Assembly (NCBI GenBank): GCA_964016885.1
Contig: OZ024752.1
Coordinates: forward strand, 26,102,001-26,166,000
Source of the DNA: Eledone cirrhosa
Lineage: Eukaryota
Direction: 5' to 3'
DNA: 64,000 nucleotides
Shown here one piece after another: positions 29,374 to 45,692 of the stretch; position 1 is the first letter of the stretch; each line of letters starts with the position of its first letter. The position numbers and the translations under genes are program-made. The notes beneath the pieces are model-generated. The model made no database searches. It was not told the DNA's origin and was given only the letters and a program-made list of their open reading frames with translations.

Positions 29374-29376
<3 letters not shown>
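29170..29376. mobile_element. Family D tail-out inverted pair with 3' half of a hammerhead
   Basis: Minus arm 29170-~29305, plus arm ~29317-29376; GAAA-CGGCT-TGAGCTC-AGCCG-TC-GGGGTCC; (TA)n on both sides. Confidence 0.7.
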
Positions 29377-29415
<39 letters not shown>

Positions 29416-29455
29416 CATATATATATATATACATACATAAATATGCATACATATA

Positions 29456-29491
<36 letters not shown>

Positions 29492-29896
29492 CATATACAT
29501 ACATATATATATACATATATATAGATATATACACATATATATAGATATATACACATATATATAAAGTAATAAAACGCAATCACACCTACACATACTCACA
29601 CACACATAAATACATATATATATATGTGTGTGTGTGTATATGTATATATATATATATATGTGTGTGTGTGTATATGAGGGCTGTTAGTGTGCGTGTAGAC
29701 ACAAAATTAATTGCAAACGTATCTATCTCCGATTACCAATTTACCTAAATAGCTACACCTAACAACACCCAACATAGTTTCCATTCCGGAAGGAACCGCC
29801 TTACACAGCCTTTACAACACTCAAATTATCAGGAGACTATCAACTGGATCAAAGTATTTCTAAAGCCTTTTACAAGAACCTTGCGACACGAGCTGG

Positions 29897-29989
<93 letters not shown>

Positions 29990-30034
29990 ATATATTTATA
30001 TATTTATATTTATATATATATATATATATTTATA

Positions 30035-30151
<117 letters not shown>

Positions 30152-30152
30152 A

Positions 30153-30231
<79 letters not shown>

Positions 30232-30380
30232 TATCACGGATCACAGGCCTCGCACACCAGCACTGAACAGTCTCCCCATTTCCGCTTTGGGTCCTATTTC
30301 CCCAATCGAATCAACTCCCCATCCCCAACACACACACTTTGCTTAAACTTTAATCTGTTATTTTAATAAATATATATATA

Positions 30381-30526
30381 GACGGCTAATTCCAGAATTA
30401 GCCGTCGAAACGGCTTGAGCTCAGCCGTCGGGGTCCTACTCGTTCTTGTTACCCACTCTACTACCCTAAGTATTGAGTACTTTGGTGCGTTATGGTCCAC
30501 CTGGTTCCTTACCACATTTCCTTCGT

Positions 30527-30527
<1 letters not shown>
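30381..30527 (+). mobile_element. Family D copy with short 5' fold-back
   Basis: GACGGCTAATTC-CA-GAATTAGCCGTC then GAAAC...; identity to other D copies. Confidence 0.7.
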
Positions 30528-30562
<35 letters not shown>

Positions 30563-30576
30563 CATATATATATGTG

Positions 30577-30644
<68 letters not shown>

Positions 30645-30847
30645 AATATATATGTATATATATATGTGTGTGTGTGTGTGTGACTGTGTGTTACGTACAC
30701 ACTCACAGACTCGCTATACTGACAGAGTCTGTTATGACACAACAGAAATAGAAAGCTTTATGCTAAATGAATCGTACAGAGTGAGACTCTATCAATTACA
30801 GTTTAAAGTCTTCCTAATTACAAACATCTCGGGCTGTGTATTTGTAA

Positions 30848-30955
30848 GGGGAGCAGGAAGAGTTTGAAGGGGGAGCAGGAAGAGTTTGAAGGGGGAGCAG
30901 GGAGAGTTTGAAGGGGGAGCAGGGAGAGTTTGAAGGGGGAGCAGGGAGAGTTTGT
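30848..30955. repeat. 21-bp minisatellite (GGGGGAGCAGGGAGAGTTTGA)x5
   Basis: Visible. Confidence 0.9.
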
Positions 30956-31032
30956 AAGTGGATTATTGGGGATTAACATTGAATCCATTGACATTTTCCA
31001 TTTTCTTCCTTGAACAACGAAAAATTACTTTT

Positions 31033-31822
<790 letters not shown>

Positions 31823-31914
31823 CTAGGGTAGTAGAGTGGGTAATATATATATATATATTCTACTTCCTCTCTCTCTCTCGCACGTACACACACAAGCATA
31901 TATATATATATATA

Positions 31915-31942
31915 TATTGGAAACATGACCCTCCCAAAGTAT

Positions 31943-31989
<47 letters not shown>

Positions 31990-32015
31990 TACTTTGGGAG
32001 GGTCATGTTTCCAAT
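31915..32015. repeat. Inverted pair of short family (TTGG.AACATGACCCTCCCAAAGTATAAC) around (TA)n; relatives at 19301-19353 and 35960-36060
   Basis: Visible matches. Confidence 0.7.
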
Positions 32016-32029
32016 ATATATATATATAT

Positions 32030-32245
32030 ATATGCTTGTGTGTGTACGTGCGAAGGAAGTGTGGTAAGGAACCAGATGGACCATAACGCACCAAAGTACT
32101 CAATACTTAGGGTAGTAGAGTGGGTAATATGAACGAGTAGGACCCCGACGGCTGAGCTCAAGGCGTTTCGACGGTTAATTCTGGACTCAGAATTAGCCGT
32201 CGAAACGGCTTGAGCTCAGCCGTCGGGGTCCTACTCACTCGTTCC

Positions 32246-32246
<1 letters not shown>
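32030..32246. mobile_element. Family D tail-out inverted pair
   Basis: Same architecture as 29170-29376; inversion point near 32188. Confidence 0.7.
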
Positions 32247-32296
<50 letters not shown>

Positions 32297-32317
32297 TTAT
32301 CATCACCATCGTCATCA

Positions 32318-32645
32318 TTATTGCGCCCACAGTCTAACATACCTGGCAGGTTCTCTCCACAATTCACCATATTCCATTGCTCCTACCAACTGCTCTCTAC
32401 TGAAGTTTGTATCGTTTGAGAGTTGATCGATGAATGTTTGAGCCGTTCTTCCCTTACTGCATCTCCCGTCAGCTGGTTCCCACAATAGTAGCTTGTGTAT
32501 AACTCCTTCACCAATGTCCTGCAAATCTTAACCGTCTTTAAGTAATTGTAGTTGTTATCTTCGCCAAGTTTCTGTATAAACCTTCATTTGTGATACGTTG
32601 ACGTCAGTTTATCTTTTGTACAACCCTAATCAATTTAGTGCCTGC
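32318..32645 (-). pseudogene. RTE-like LINE 3' terminal fragment
   Basis: RRLRFAGH in an adjacent frame, then KLLLWEPADGRCSKGR..TFIDQL...WRE; short (ATG)-like tail. Confidence 0.7.
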
Positions 32646-33111
32646 ACTACTTTATGTATTGGAATACTGCATTGGTAAACAATGACCTACAGGATAAAGT
32701 GAAAAGCGCTGGCTGATAAAGTCGTCAAGGACAGGCTTGCGAGTACTACTGAATTCGAAACCAGAGGACTTCCAAAGATGTTGAAATGGAGGGAAGACTG
32801 TTCAACTCGGAAGTTTATGATACAGAAAAGAAAGCTGGAGGGTGTCCTAGAGTAGGCATGTGAAACTGGGGGTCCCCCAAGGGCCACATAGGTCACATAT
32901 GAATTGTCTGAGGGCCACACACGACAACTAATTAAGCACATTACAACTAATTTTACCAAGATAAAACATGCTCGCGCTATAAAAACCTTTGTGTGAGCTA
33001 CAGGTGTGCTTGTAAAGGGCCGCATATTTGACATGTCTGCCCTAGAGGACTCTTCCACCACACCTTTCAGAGAAATAGTTAGAAGGAGACGAAGAAGAGA
33101 AGAAGAAGAAG

Positions 33112-33184
<73 letters not shown>

Positions 33185-33383
33185 TGCATTGAATACTTTG
33201 CCTTAAACTGTGATTATTTACCTTTCAACAGGACATCACAGAAGCATGTATATATGACTATAAGTAAATATATTTGTGTGTGTGAGCCTATGGAAGACTG
33301 TACGTGTATGTGTTTGTGTGTATATATGCATACGTATATAAATAAATATAAGTGTATCTCTCTCTCTCTCTATCTATCTCTCA

Positions 33384-33480
<97 letters not shown>

Positions 33481-33594
33481 TATAAATGTGTGCATGTATA
33501 TACATACATATACATACATACATTATATATATATATATTTATATGTATGTATATATATGTATATATATATACATATATATATGTATACGTATAT

Positions 33595-33635
<41 letters not shown>

Positions 33636-33645
33636 TACATATATA

Positions 33646-33684
<39 letters not shown>

Positions 33685-33763
33685 TATACATATATATATG
33701 TATATATATGTATATATATATATATGTATATTTATATATATGTCTATATATATATATATATAA

Positions 33764-33833
<70 letters not shown>

Positions 33834-34001
33834 GTATGTATATATATACATATATATGTATATATATACATATATATATATATGTTGTAATAAAATGAAA
33901 ACGAAATTTCATTTCTCACTCTTAGTACGGCACTTACTTAATTTCGTTTTCATTTTATTACAACTTGTCGTTCTCGGTACGCCTGGCCGGACTCACTCGA
34001 T

Positions 34002-34049
34002 ATGCAAATTAGGCTGCTCAGCCGTTAATTTTCATAAGGAAAGTATATA
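34002..34049 (+). promoter_or_regulatory. Candidate snRNA-type promoter module (octamer ATGCAAAT, TAATTTTCATA, TATATA)
   Basis: Same motifs with near-identical spacing in divergent family F (56304-56350). Confidence 0.4.
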
Positions 34050-34083
34050 CTTTCGAACGTTCAACCATCTGGCAGAAGGGTAT

Positions 34084-34126
34084 ACGATGCTGATGATAGC
34101 TAACAAGCTTGAAACTAGTACATCGT
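34084..34126 (+). ncRNA. Minimal type I hammerhead (family A)
   Basis: ACGATG-CTGATGA-TAGCTAACAAGCTT-GAAA-CTAG-TA-CATCGT. Confidence 0.88.
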
Positions 34127-34537
34127 TCCTGTGTCAGTGTTGAACAAAAAGGTGACGTGGTTGCCTTAACACCGTACGGCATAAATTCAGGCTGTTCAGT
34201 TTGTTTACAAACGAACAAAGCGGGCGCTATAATAAGCGTCCGCTAAACTGATACGTACATATATGTATGTGTACCTGTATGTATATATATATATATATAT
34301 ATGCATGCTACTGTACGTCTGTATACATATATGTATGTACGTATACATACATACTTACATTTAAGTAAGTGCCGTACTAAGAGTGAGAAATGAAATTTCG
34401 TTTTCATTTTATTACAACTTGTCGTTCTCGGTACGCCTGGCCGGACTCACTCGATATGCAAATTAGGCAGCTCAGCCGTTAATTTTCATAAGGAAAGTAT
34501 ATACTTTCGAACGTTCAACCATCTGGCAGAAGGGTAT

Positions 34538-34580
34538 ACGATGCTGATGATAGCTAACAAGCTTGAAACTAGTACATCGT
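34538..34580 (+). ncRNA. Minimal type I hammerhead (family A, copy 2)
   Basis: Identical motif. Confidence 0.88.
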
Positions 34581-34989
34581 TCCTGTGTCAGTGTTGAACA
34601 AAAAGGTGACGTGGTTGCCTTAACACCGTACGGCATAAATTCAGGCTGTTCAGTTTGTTTACAAACGAACAAAGCGGGCGCTATAATAAGCGTCCGCTAA
34701 ACTGATACGTACATATATGTATGTGTACCTGTATGTATATATATATATATATATGCATGCTACTGTACGTCTGTATACATATATGTATGTACGTATACAT
34801 ACATACTTACATTTAAGTAAGTGCCGTACTAAGAGTGAGAAATGAAATTTCGTTTTCATTTTATTACAACTTGTCGTTCTCGGTACGCCTGGCCGGACTC
34901 ACTCGATATGCAAATTAGGCAGCTCAGCCGTTAATTTTCATAAGGAAAGTATATACTTTCGAACGTTCAACCATCTGGCAGAAGGGTAT

Positions 34990-35032
34990 ACGATGCTGAT
35001 GATAGCTAAGAAGCTTGAAACTAGTACATCGT
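34990..35032 (+). ncRNA. Minimal type I hammerhead (family A, copy 3)
   Basis: Same motif, loop II AAGA. Confidence 0.88.
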
Positions 35033-35183
35033 TCCTGTGTCAGTGTTGAACAAAAAGGTGACGTGGTTGCCTTAACACCGTACGGCATAAATTCAGGCTG
35101 TTCAGTTTGTTTACAAACGAACAAAGCGGGCGCTATAATAAGCGTCCGCTAAACTGATACGTACATATATGTATGTGTACCTG

Positions 35184-35243
<60 letters not shown>

Positions 35244-35312
35244 TGGTACTGTACGTCTGTATACATATATGTATGTACGTATACATACATACTTACATTT
35301 ATATATATATGC

Positions 35313-35346
<34 letters not shown>

Positions 35347-35366
35347 GCATATATATATATATATGC

Positions 35367-35427
<61 letters not shown>

Positions 35428-35620
35428 TGTATATATACATGTATGTATATATATACATATATATATATATGCATATAAATATATATATATATATATATAT
35501 TTACATATATGTATATATACATGTATGTATATATATGCATATAAATATATATATATATATGTATTTACATATATGTATATATACATGTATGTATATATAT
35601 ATACATATATATATATATGC

Positions 35621-35651
<31 letters not shown>

Positions 35652-35715
35652 TGTATATATACATGTATGTATATATATATATATATGCATATATATATAT
35701 ATATACATATATACA

Positions 35716-35764
<49 letters not shown>

Positions 35765-35880
35765 CATATATATACAGTATATATATATATGTACATACAT
35801 ATATATAGTATATATATATATACATATATATAGTATATATATATACATATATATAGCATATATATATATACATATATACA

Positions 35881-35960
<80 letters not shown>

Positions 35961-36475
35961 TTCGTTTCTGAATTTGTTTAGCAAGATTCTTTATCTGAAA
36001 TCGTGTGTTGAAACCGATATTGTTATACTTTGGGAGGGTCATGTTGCCAATAAGAAACACACGTACCAGTTGTTTCACTTCAATTTATTATAATAAATTC
36101 ATAAATTTATAAATTTCTGGTTGGTTGGTTGGTTCCACAACCAGATAGTTGTTTATATATTGTCATAGTTCTTTCGTCACACACTCTGTGACCTCTTCAG
36201 TGACTGGGGATTCCTTTCTTTGTTTCTGTGCCTCTCCTTTGTTCTGTCCTACGCCATTTTGTTTCAGAGGGAATATACATACCTACACATATATATGCAA
36301 GACATACCCTTTTCAAAGACCCTCATGTATAGATAAGAAATGTATAACCTGTAAAATAAGCCCCCATATTAATAAAATTTTGAATACATCTTCTCTTTTC
36401 ATGATATTCGGATTACATTGAGTTCTTCATACGGATTGGACACTACCGTACATTTTGTTAGATTTATCTACACAC

Positions 36476-38355
<1,880 letters not shown>

Positions 38356-38368
38356 ATATATATATATT

Positions 38369-38432
<64 letters not shown>

Positions 38433-38450
38433 TATATATATATATATAAT

Positions 38451-38551
<101 letters not shown>

Positions 38552-38552
38552 C

Positions 38553-38589
<37 letters not shown>

Positions 38590-38590
38590 C

Positions 38591-38650
<60 letters not shown>

Positions 38651-38658
38651 TATATATA

Positions 38659-38848
<190 letters not shown>

Positions 38849-38865
38849 CATATATATATATATAT

Positions 38866-39008
<143 letters not shown>

Positions 39009-39033
39009 TATATATATATATATATACGTATAC

Positions 39034-39146
<113 letters not shown>

Positions 39147-39330
39147 TATACATATATATATATGTATATATATATATGTATCTTTTAATATGAATGTAAT
39201 CTCTAAATGTGTACTGCCACACTAAATGCTGTAATGGATGTTGAACCACCAAGCAACAATATTTGCATATGTATCTGTATGTCTCTTGGGTTGAAAAGGA
39301 GGTCATACAAGTGTTGATTCATTAATAAAT

Positions 39331-39377
39331 TGCTCCGAAGAATCCAAACCTCCGTTTGGAGGAAACAGTTGTAAGCA
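39331..39377 (+). ncRNA. Type I hammerhead in 5' pLTR (variant core CCGAAGA)
   Basis: TGCT-CCGAAGA-ATCCAAACCTCCGTTTGGAG-GAAA-CAGTTG-TA-AGCA. Confidence 0.7.
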
Positions 39378-39630
39378 TAAAAATGTTTTGAACAGTTCTT
39401 TGATTCTTATAACTTATATATAACTGCTCTGTAAATCATCTGACGTTATTACATTGAGCTATTTAACTTACTGGTAATAAGGTAGTAATATATTACTGCC
39501 TACCACTATTTAGGGTTTGTAAAAATATATATAACTACAAAAGGTTTTTGTATTTGCATAACCATAAATAATATCCTTAATACTATTAACTGCTCCATAC
39601 TGTTGAGCTGACATACAATAAATTACCAAT

Positions 39631-42099
39631 ATGCTAATCAAAGACCAACTCCCCATGTCAACCAAGAACATACCAATACCATCCAAGAATACATATGAGA
39701 AATTGTTGATCAACAGTGTAAATTCCTTTATCAATAGAGTGAGATGGAGGACATTCCATTTTGATAGAAACAAATCTAACAATGTTAATAATACTAACAA
39801 ATTTGACTCCTTCGGCTTTAAAACCTTTAAAAGCCCCCCTCATAACACACTACTTAACTCCTTTGAAAATGACCTAATAAAACTAGTTAAGAACATTAAA
39901 AACAATAAGCACCATAATAGAAACAACACCTTCTTAAACAAACTTAACACCTCTATTAATGAATTCAAAACTAGTAATAAAATTATTGTACACGCGGATA
40001 AAACTAATAACATATACAGCCTGAATTATAATACTTATAGAAAGTTTATATATAATGAACTACATAAAAGCTACAAGAAAACTACTATGAAAAACTTAGA
40101 GGATATTAATATAGAGGGATATAATATAGTGTCTAAACTAGGACTTCAGAGGCATACACAACCATACACCCCAAACCCCGCTAGATTCTCTCTGAAGGAC
40201 CATAAGGAGGACTTCATTAGCAACCCCTCGATTAGACTTATCTGCCCTTCCAAGTCCGACAGTGGCATTATCAGCAAGAAAATTTTAGATAAAATCATCC
40301 CACAGATTAAACACAAGATACACCTTAAACAATGGGGAAATACGGGTGAAGTTATCGAATGGTTCAAAGATATCAAGAATAACAAGGACAAAAAATTTAT
40401 TCAATTTGATATCAATTCATACTACACCTCTATTTCCCCTATCCTATTAAATAAGGCACTAATCATGGCCATGAACAATAGCGACCTGACTAGAACCCAG
40501 ATTGATGTCATCCTTGCGGCCCGTAAAACCATAATCACCTTTGAGGACCAATTATGGACCCGCAAGGATACGCACAACAACTTCGACATAACTATGGGGT
40601 CTTCGACATAACTATGACTCGGCGCAGGTCACTGATTTGGTCGGCCTATACTTACTTAATGAAATCCATAAGGACCTTCCATACCTCAACGGTGGTTTGT
40701 ACCGCGATGATACACTTCTACTTATAGAATATAAAAAATTCAATATAGAAAGAACTAGAAAACTATTGCACAGGACATTCAAAAACTATAACCTTAGTAT
40801 CACCATGGACAAAAACACTAAAAACGTTAACTTCCTAGACGCCACACTATACCTCGACTCAAGGATATATACACCTTTCCATAAGCCTAACGAAAAACTC
40901 ATTTACGTGGATACCAAGTCTAATCACCCTAGATCAATATTAAACTCTATCTCTAAGGGGGTATCCAATAGAATCTCTAATATATCCTATGACGCAAACA
41001 TATTTAGCAAAAACTCGCAATATTATAATCAAGCATTAGCTAGAGCCGGCCATAATATAGAGATTGAGTTCCTACCTACGAAAACACATAGCTACAGCAT
41101 TATCTCGCACAATATGTCCATGAGGAAACCTAGTAATATGAATAGCAACCACACGCACACTAAAGCAGAGGGTGCCATCAAAGGTAACCATTACCACAGA
41201 AACTACCGTAGTACCTTAGGAGGAAACAACACACCAGACACTAAAAACAAAAATAGAAGAAGAAATAATACATTTTTCAACCCTTCTTTCAACCTAAACG
41301 TCTCCACCAACATACCTAGGGCTTTCTTCTCACTACTAGATAAAAACTTCCCTCTAGGACAGAAGTACCATAACCTTTTAAACAAAAACACTATTAAAAT
41401 CTCATACTCTACGACGCCTAACATAGCATACCACATAGCTAGTAGCAATAAAAGAAAAATTAATTCTTACTTCCAACAAACGAAATCGCAACAGGGGGTA
41501 AACCATCAAAATATCTCTGTAGCTAATAACCCTAACAACGGCAGTAATAATAGTAATAGCACTAGTATAAGCAATAACACCGGGGACGACAACCCACATA
41601 TCCAAAATCCTATAGCTACCACCCGGACTTCTGCACAGCATTATAACCAGCAGACTAACACCCAGAATAATTGTAACTGTAGAGCAAATAGAACCTGCCC
41701 TTTAGATAAAAATGCCTAATCAAGGATATCATATACTCATGCACCGTCACAACTAGCAACTCTTCAGAAACCTATGTAGGCTCCACTTCTAACTGCTTCA
41801 AAACCAGGTATAATTCGCACATCCACTCGTTCAAAAAGCACAGTCTAGCCAGCTCCACCTCACTATCTAGCTACATACACTATCTAAAAACTAAAAATAA
41901 ACCTTACACACTCAAATGGGAAGTGATATGTAGCGCGACTTCGTACAAACCACCTAATAAATTTTGTAACCTCTGTATACTAGAGACCCACACTATTATC
42001 TTCTCTAACCATAACCTACTTAACAAAAAATCTGAAGTGTTCGCAACTTGCCAGCACCGCTTCAGACATTCCTTCCAAAACTTTAAGCCCAATATATAG
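39631..42099 (+). pseudogene. Naiad-type PLE polyprotein (RT, CxCx5C linker, GIY-YIG) with two disruptions
   Basis: STKNIPIPS, LKDHKEDF..NPSIRLI.P.KS, FIQFDI.SYY.SI, ITMGS, GLYRDD, VNFLD, CNCRANRTCPL. Frame 41713-42099 (absent from the ORF track) reads IIYSC..YVGST..FKTRY..H..SF..TSLS.YI..CNLC..E..LLNKKSE.F..CQHR. Disrupted by a repeated CTTCGACATAACTATG (~40581-40616) and a frameshift in the A-run at 41708-41712. Confidence 0.92.
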
Positions 42100-43533
42100 C
42101 AATGTCGGACTTGAACCAGACACCACCTCTAGCATCAAACACCAAGGGCACACCTTATACCACATCCCCACACTCATTGATCCAATATAACACTAATCGG
42201 GACATCCCTCTAGAACCCTTCACAGCAGGAATACCCCTTTGTACTTCTACTTTAGATGTGACTGCATCCAGTTGCTTGAACTGCACTACACCACTTTATA
42301 ATTAATGTAAAATTTAAACATTGAATTGATTGTATTGTTGGTGCTATGCGGGTGATTTGCCATCGTTGGATAAATGGAAGACTAATTAATCTAGTAACGT
42401 TGATGAGCTGTATAACCTATATGCTGAGTGCAGTGAATGTATTGCAAGTGGCGTATGAGTTGTACATATATGTATGAATTGATGGTCAGATTAGTGACAT
42501 GAGGAGTGTAGATTGACCTCTGGTCTACCCTAGTGATAGTTATCTTTCGACATCCAATATAACATGCACTGACCTAGAGCTTACCAGGGATTATTATATA
42601 TTGAAGTGATTCTATAATCATCCTGCCAGGTTCTATGAGTAGACTACAATCACAATGATCATTGATTTAGAAATCTCGCTCATCGTGTAAAATATTCAAT
42701 TGTGGCACTCTATAATGGAGGATATCACCATAATATGAACACCTTCAGTACAGCTTAATAGACTACACTATAGTTAAGACACTTTAAATTTTTAGAAACT
42801 GTGTATAACCATAGAAGTTAGGGACTATTTTGAGACACAATTTAATAGTTAGTAATAGAAACCACTGAGTTACCTCCCCTCATGCATTAACTCGCCTTAG
42901 TCACACACACACTTCCAGAAAATATTTCGATGTCGATTCTCGCAACGTAAGAACCTGCTGTATTGAACATCAGACTTCGATTCTCTAAGAGGATTGTCAA
43001 ACGCCCAATATCGAATCGTCGTGGATTATGTGAGGGGCATATAATCTGAAAAATACGCTCCCCGGACTATGAAAATGTTGCTGTGCATGAAATCCATATC
43101 ATCGCTTTGCTACGCATTTCCAATATTTTTAATGCTTATATTATTTCTCCACGCACAGGCTATAACAATCATATAAAGAATTCATTACCAGTTCAACCCC
43201 CTTAACACTCTTGATCACCTGTTTAAGTGCTTCCATTACATGTAACACTCTGCCACACTATAGCATTATATAAACAAGACGCACGTGCTTGCCACACGTG
43301 TAACTATTCTACTCAATAACCGATTATGACTATCCTATCGCATTAATTTTCATGTTGTATTTTAACCTGTATTTTTGATTTTATCTTTTAATATGAATGT
43401 AATCTCTAAATGTGTACTGCCACACTAAATGCTGTAATGGATGTTGAACCACCAAGCAACAATATTTGCATATGTATCTGTATGTCTCTTGGGTTGAAAA
43501 GGAGGTCATATAAGTGTTCATTCATTAATAAAT

Positions 43534-43580
43534 TGCTCCGAAGAAACCAAACCTCGGTTTGCAGGAAACAGTTGTAAGCA
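43534..43580 (+). ncRNA. Type I hammerhead in 3' pLTR (variant core CCGAAGA)
   Basis: TGCT-CCGAAGA-..CAAACCTCGGTTTG..-GAAA-CAGTTG-TA-AGCA. Confidence 0.65.
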
Positions 43581-43623
43581 TAAAAATGTTTTGAACAGTT
43601 CTTTGATTCTTATAACTTATATA

Positions 43624-43716
<93 letters not shown>

Positions 43717-43815
43717 GTATATATACATATATGTATATATACATGTATGTATATATATATATATATATATGCATATATATATATATGTATATATACATAT
43801 ATGTATATATACATG

Positions 43816-43853
<38 letters not shown>

Positions 43854-43897
43854 TAGATATATATGTATATATACATATATGTATATATACATGTATG

Positions 43898-43930
<33 letters not shown>

Positions 43931-44017
43931 GCATATATATATATGTATATATACATATATGTATATATACATGTATGTATATATATACATATATATATAT
44001 GCATATATATATATATA

Positions 44018-44063
<46 letters not shown>

Positions 44064-44077
44064 TGTATATATACATG

Positions 44078-44115
<38 letters not shown>

Positions 44116-44132
44116 TATATATATATATATAT

Positions 44133-45087
44133 GTAAAAATTGGAATAAATGCTCTGAAATAGCGATATATATGTGAATATAGACATAGAATATTCGAAAA
44201 TATTCTGTATGTTTATAATAAACATTATGTACACAGCTAAGTATTCTATAAGTCTCTAGCTGTGTCATTCTCGATAAAAGCACTGGATATGTAGTCCTGA
44301 AGATTTCTAACAAGAATGAAACGCGTAGATTACTTCCCTTGCTTTTATCGAGAATCTAATTGTAATACGTGACGTATTCTATTCTATAGCGATTAGGTCT
44401 TCAAAATGTTTATTATAAACATACAGAATATTTTCGAATATTCTATGTCTATATTCACATATATATCGCTATTTCAGAGCATTTATTCCAATTTTTAATT
44501 TCTGCCGGACCGGCAACCGCTCTTTCAAACCAGTTCCTGTACACAGCTAAGTATTCTATAAGTCTCTAGCTGTGTCATTCTCGATAAAAGCACTGGATAT
44601 GTAGTCCTGAAGATTTCTAACAAGAATGAAACGCGTAGATTACTTCCCTTGCTTTTATCGAGAATCTAATTGTAATACGTGACGTATTCTATTCTATAGC
44701 GATTAGGTCTTCAAAATGTTTATTATAAACATACAGAATATTTTCGAATATTCTATGTCTATATTCACATATATATCGCTATTTCAGAGCATTTATTCCA
44801 ATTTCTAATTTCTGCCGGACCGGCAACCACTCTTTCAAACCAGTTCCTGTACACAGCTAAGTATTCTATAAGTCTCTAGCTGTGTCATTCTCGATAAAAG
44901 CACTGGATATGTAGTCCTGAAGATTTCTAACAAGAATGAAACGCGTAGATTACTTCCCTTGCTTTTATCGAGAATCTAATTGTAATACGTGACGTATTCT
45001 ATTCTATAGCGATTAGGTCTTCAAAATGTTTATTATAAACATACAGAATATTTTCGAATATTCTATGTCTATATTCACATATATATG
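44133..45087 (+). mobile_element. HHR retrozyme-like family C: ~92-bp inverted piece plus ~2.8 tandem 310-bp monomers
   Basis: HHR at 44291, 44601, 44911. Confidence 0.88.
44291..44333 (+). ncRNA. Minimal type I hammerhead (family C; repeats at 44601-44643 and 44911-44953)
   Basis: GTAGTC-CTGAAGA-TTTCTAACAAGAAT-GAAA-CGCG-TA-GATTAC, enclosed by a 16-bp stem ATTCTCGATAAAAGCA/TGCTTTTATCGAGAAT. Confidence 0.85.
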
Positions 45088-45138
45088 TAAGTATGTATGT
45101 ATACGTACATACATATATGTATACAGACGTACAGTAGC

Positions 45139-45177
<39 letters not shown>

Positions 45178-45603
45178 CAGGCACACATATATATATGTAC
45201 GTATCAGTTTAGCGAATATTTATTATAACATTCGCTTTGTTCGTTTGTAAACAAACGGACAGCCTAATTTATGCCGTGCGGTGTTAAGGCAACCACGTCA
45301 CCTTTTTGTTCAACACTGACACAGGAACGATGTACTAGTTTCAAGCTTCTTAGCTATCGTCAGCACCGTATACCCTTCTGCCAGATGGTTGAACGTTCGA
45401 AAGTATATACTTTCCTTATGAAAATTAACGGCTGAGCAGCCTAATTTGCATATCGAGTGAGTTCAGTCGGCAAGGCGCACCGAAAACGATAAGTTGGAAT
45501 AGAATGAAACGAAATTTCATTTCTCACTATTAGTACGGCACTTACTTAAATGTAAGTATGTATGTATACGTACATACATATATGTATACAGACGTACAGT
45601 AGC

Positions 45604-45605
<2 letters not shown>
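45087..45605 (-). mobile_element. Family A subfamily copy (~1.1 monomer), HHR at 45327-45369
   Basis: Reverse complement of family A with substitutions; ACGGTG-CTGACGA..GAAA-CTAG-TA-CATCGT. Confidence 0.85.

Positions 45606-45687
<82 letters not shown>

Positions 45688-45692
<5 letters not shown>

Larger units (their letters stand above)
33884..35300 (+). mobile_element. HHR retrozyme-like family A: 57-bp inverted piece plus ~3 tandem monomers (452-454 bp)
   Basis: HHR recurs at 34084, 34538, 34990; (TA)n flanks. Confidence 0.88.
39179..43623 (+). mobile_element. Near full-length Penelope-like retrotransposon, Naiad-type, with ~242-bp direct pseudo-LTRs
   Basis: Direct repeats 39179-39420 and 43382-43623, each with an HHR; RT+GIY-YIG inside; inserted in (TA)n. 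Confidence 0.92.

Noticed and set aside
39631-42099. Selenocysteine recoding as reported for some Naiad elements
   Set aside because: Linker and GIY-YIG cysteines are TGT/TGC; the breaks are a duplication and a frameshift, not in-frame TGA
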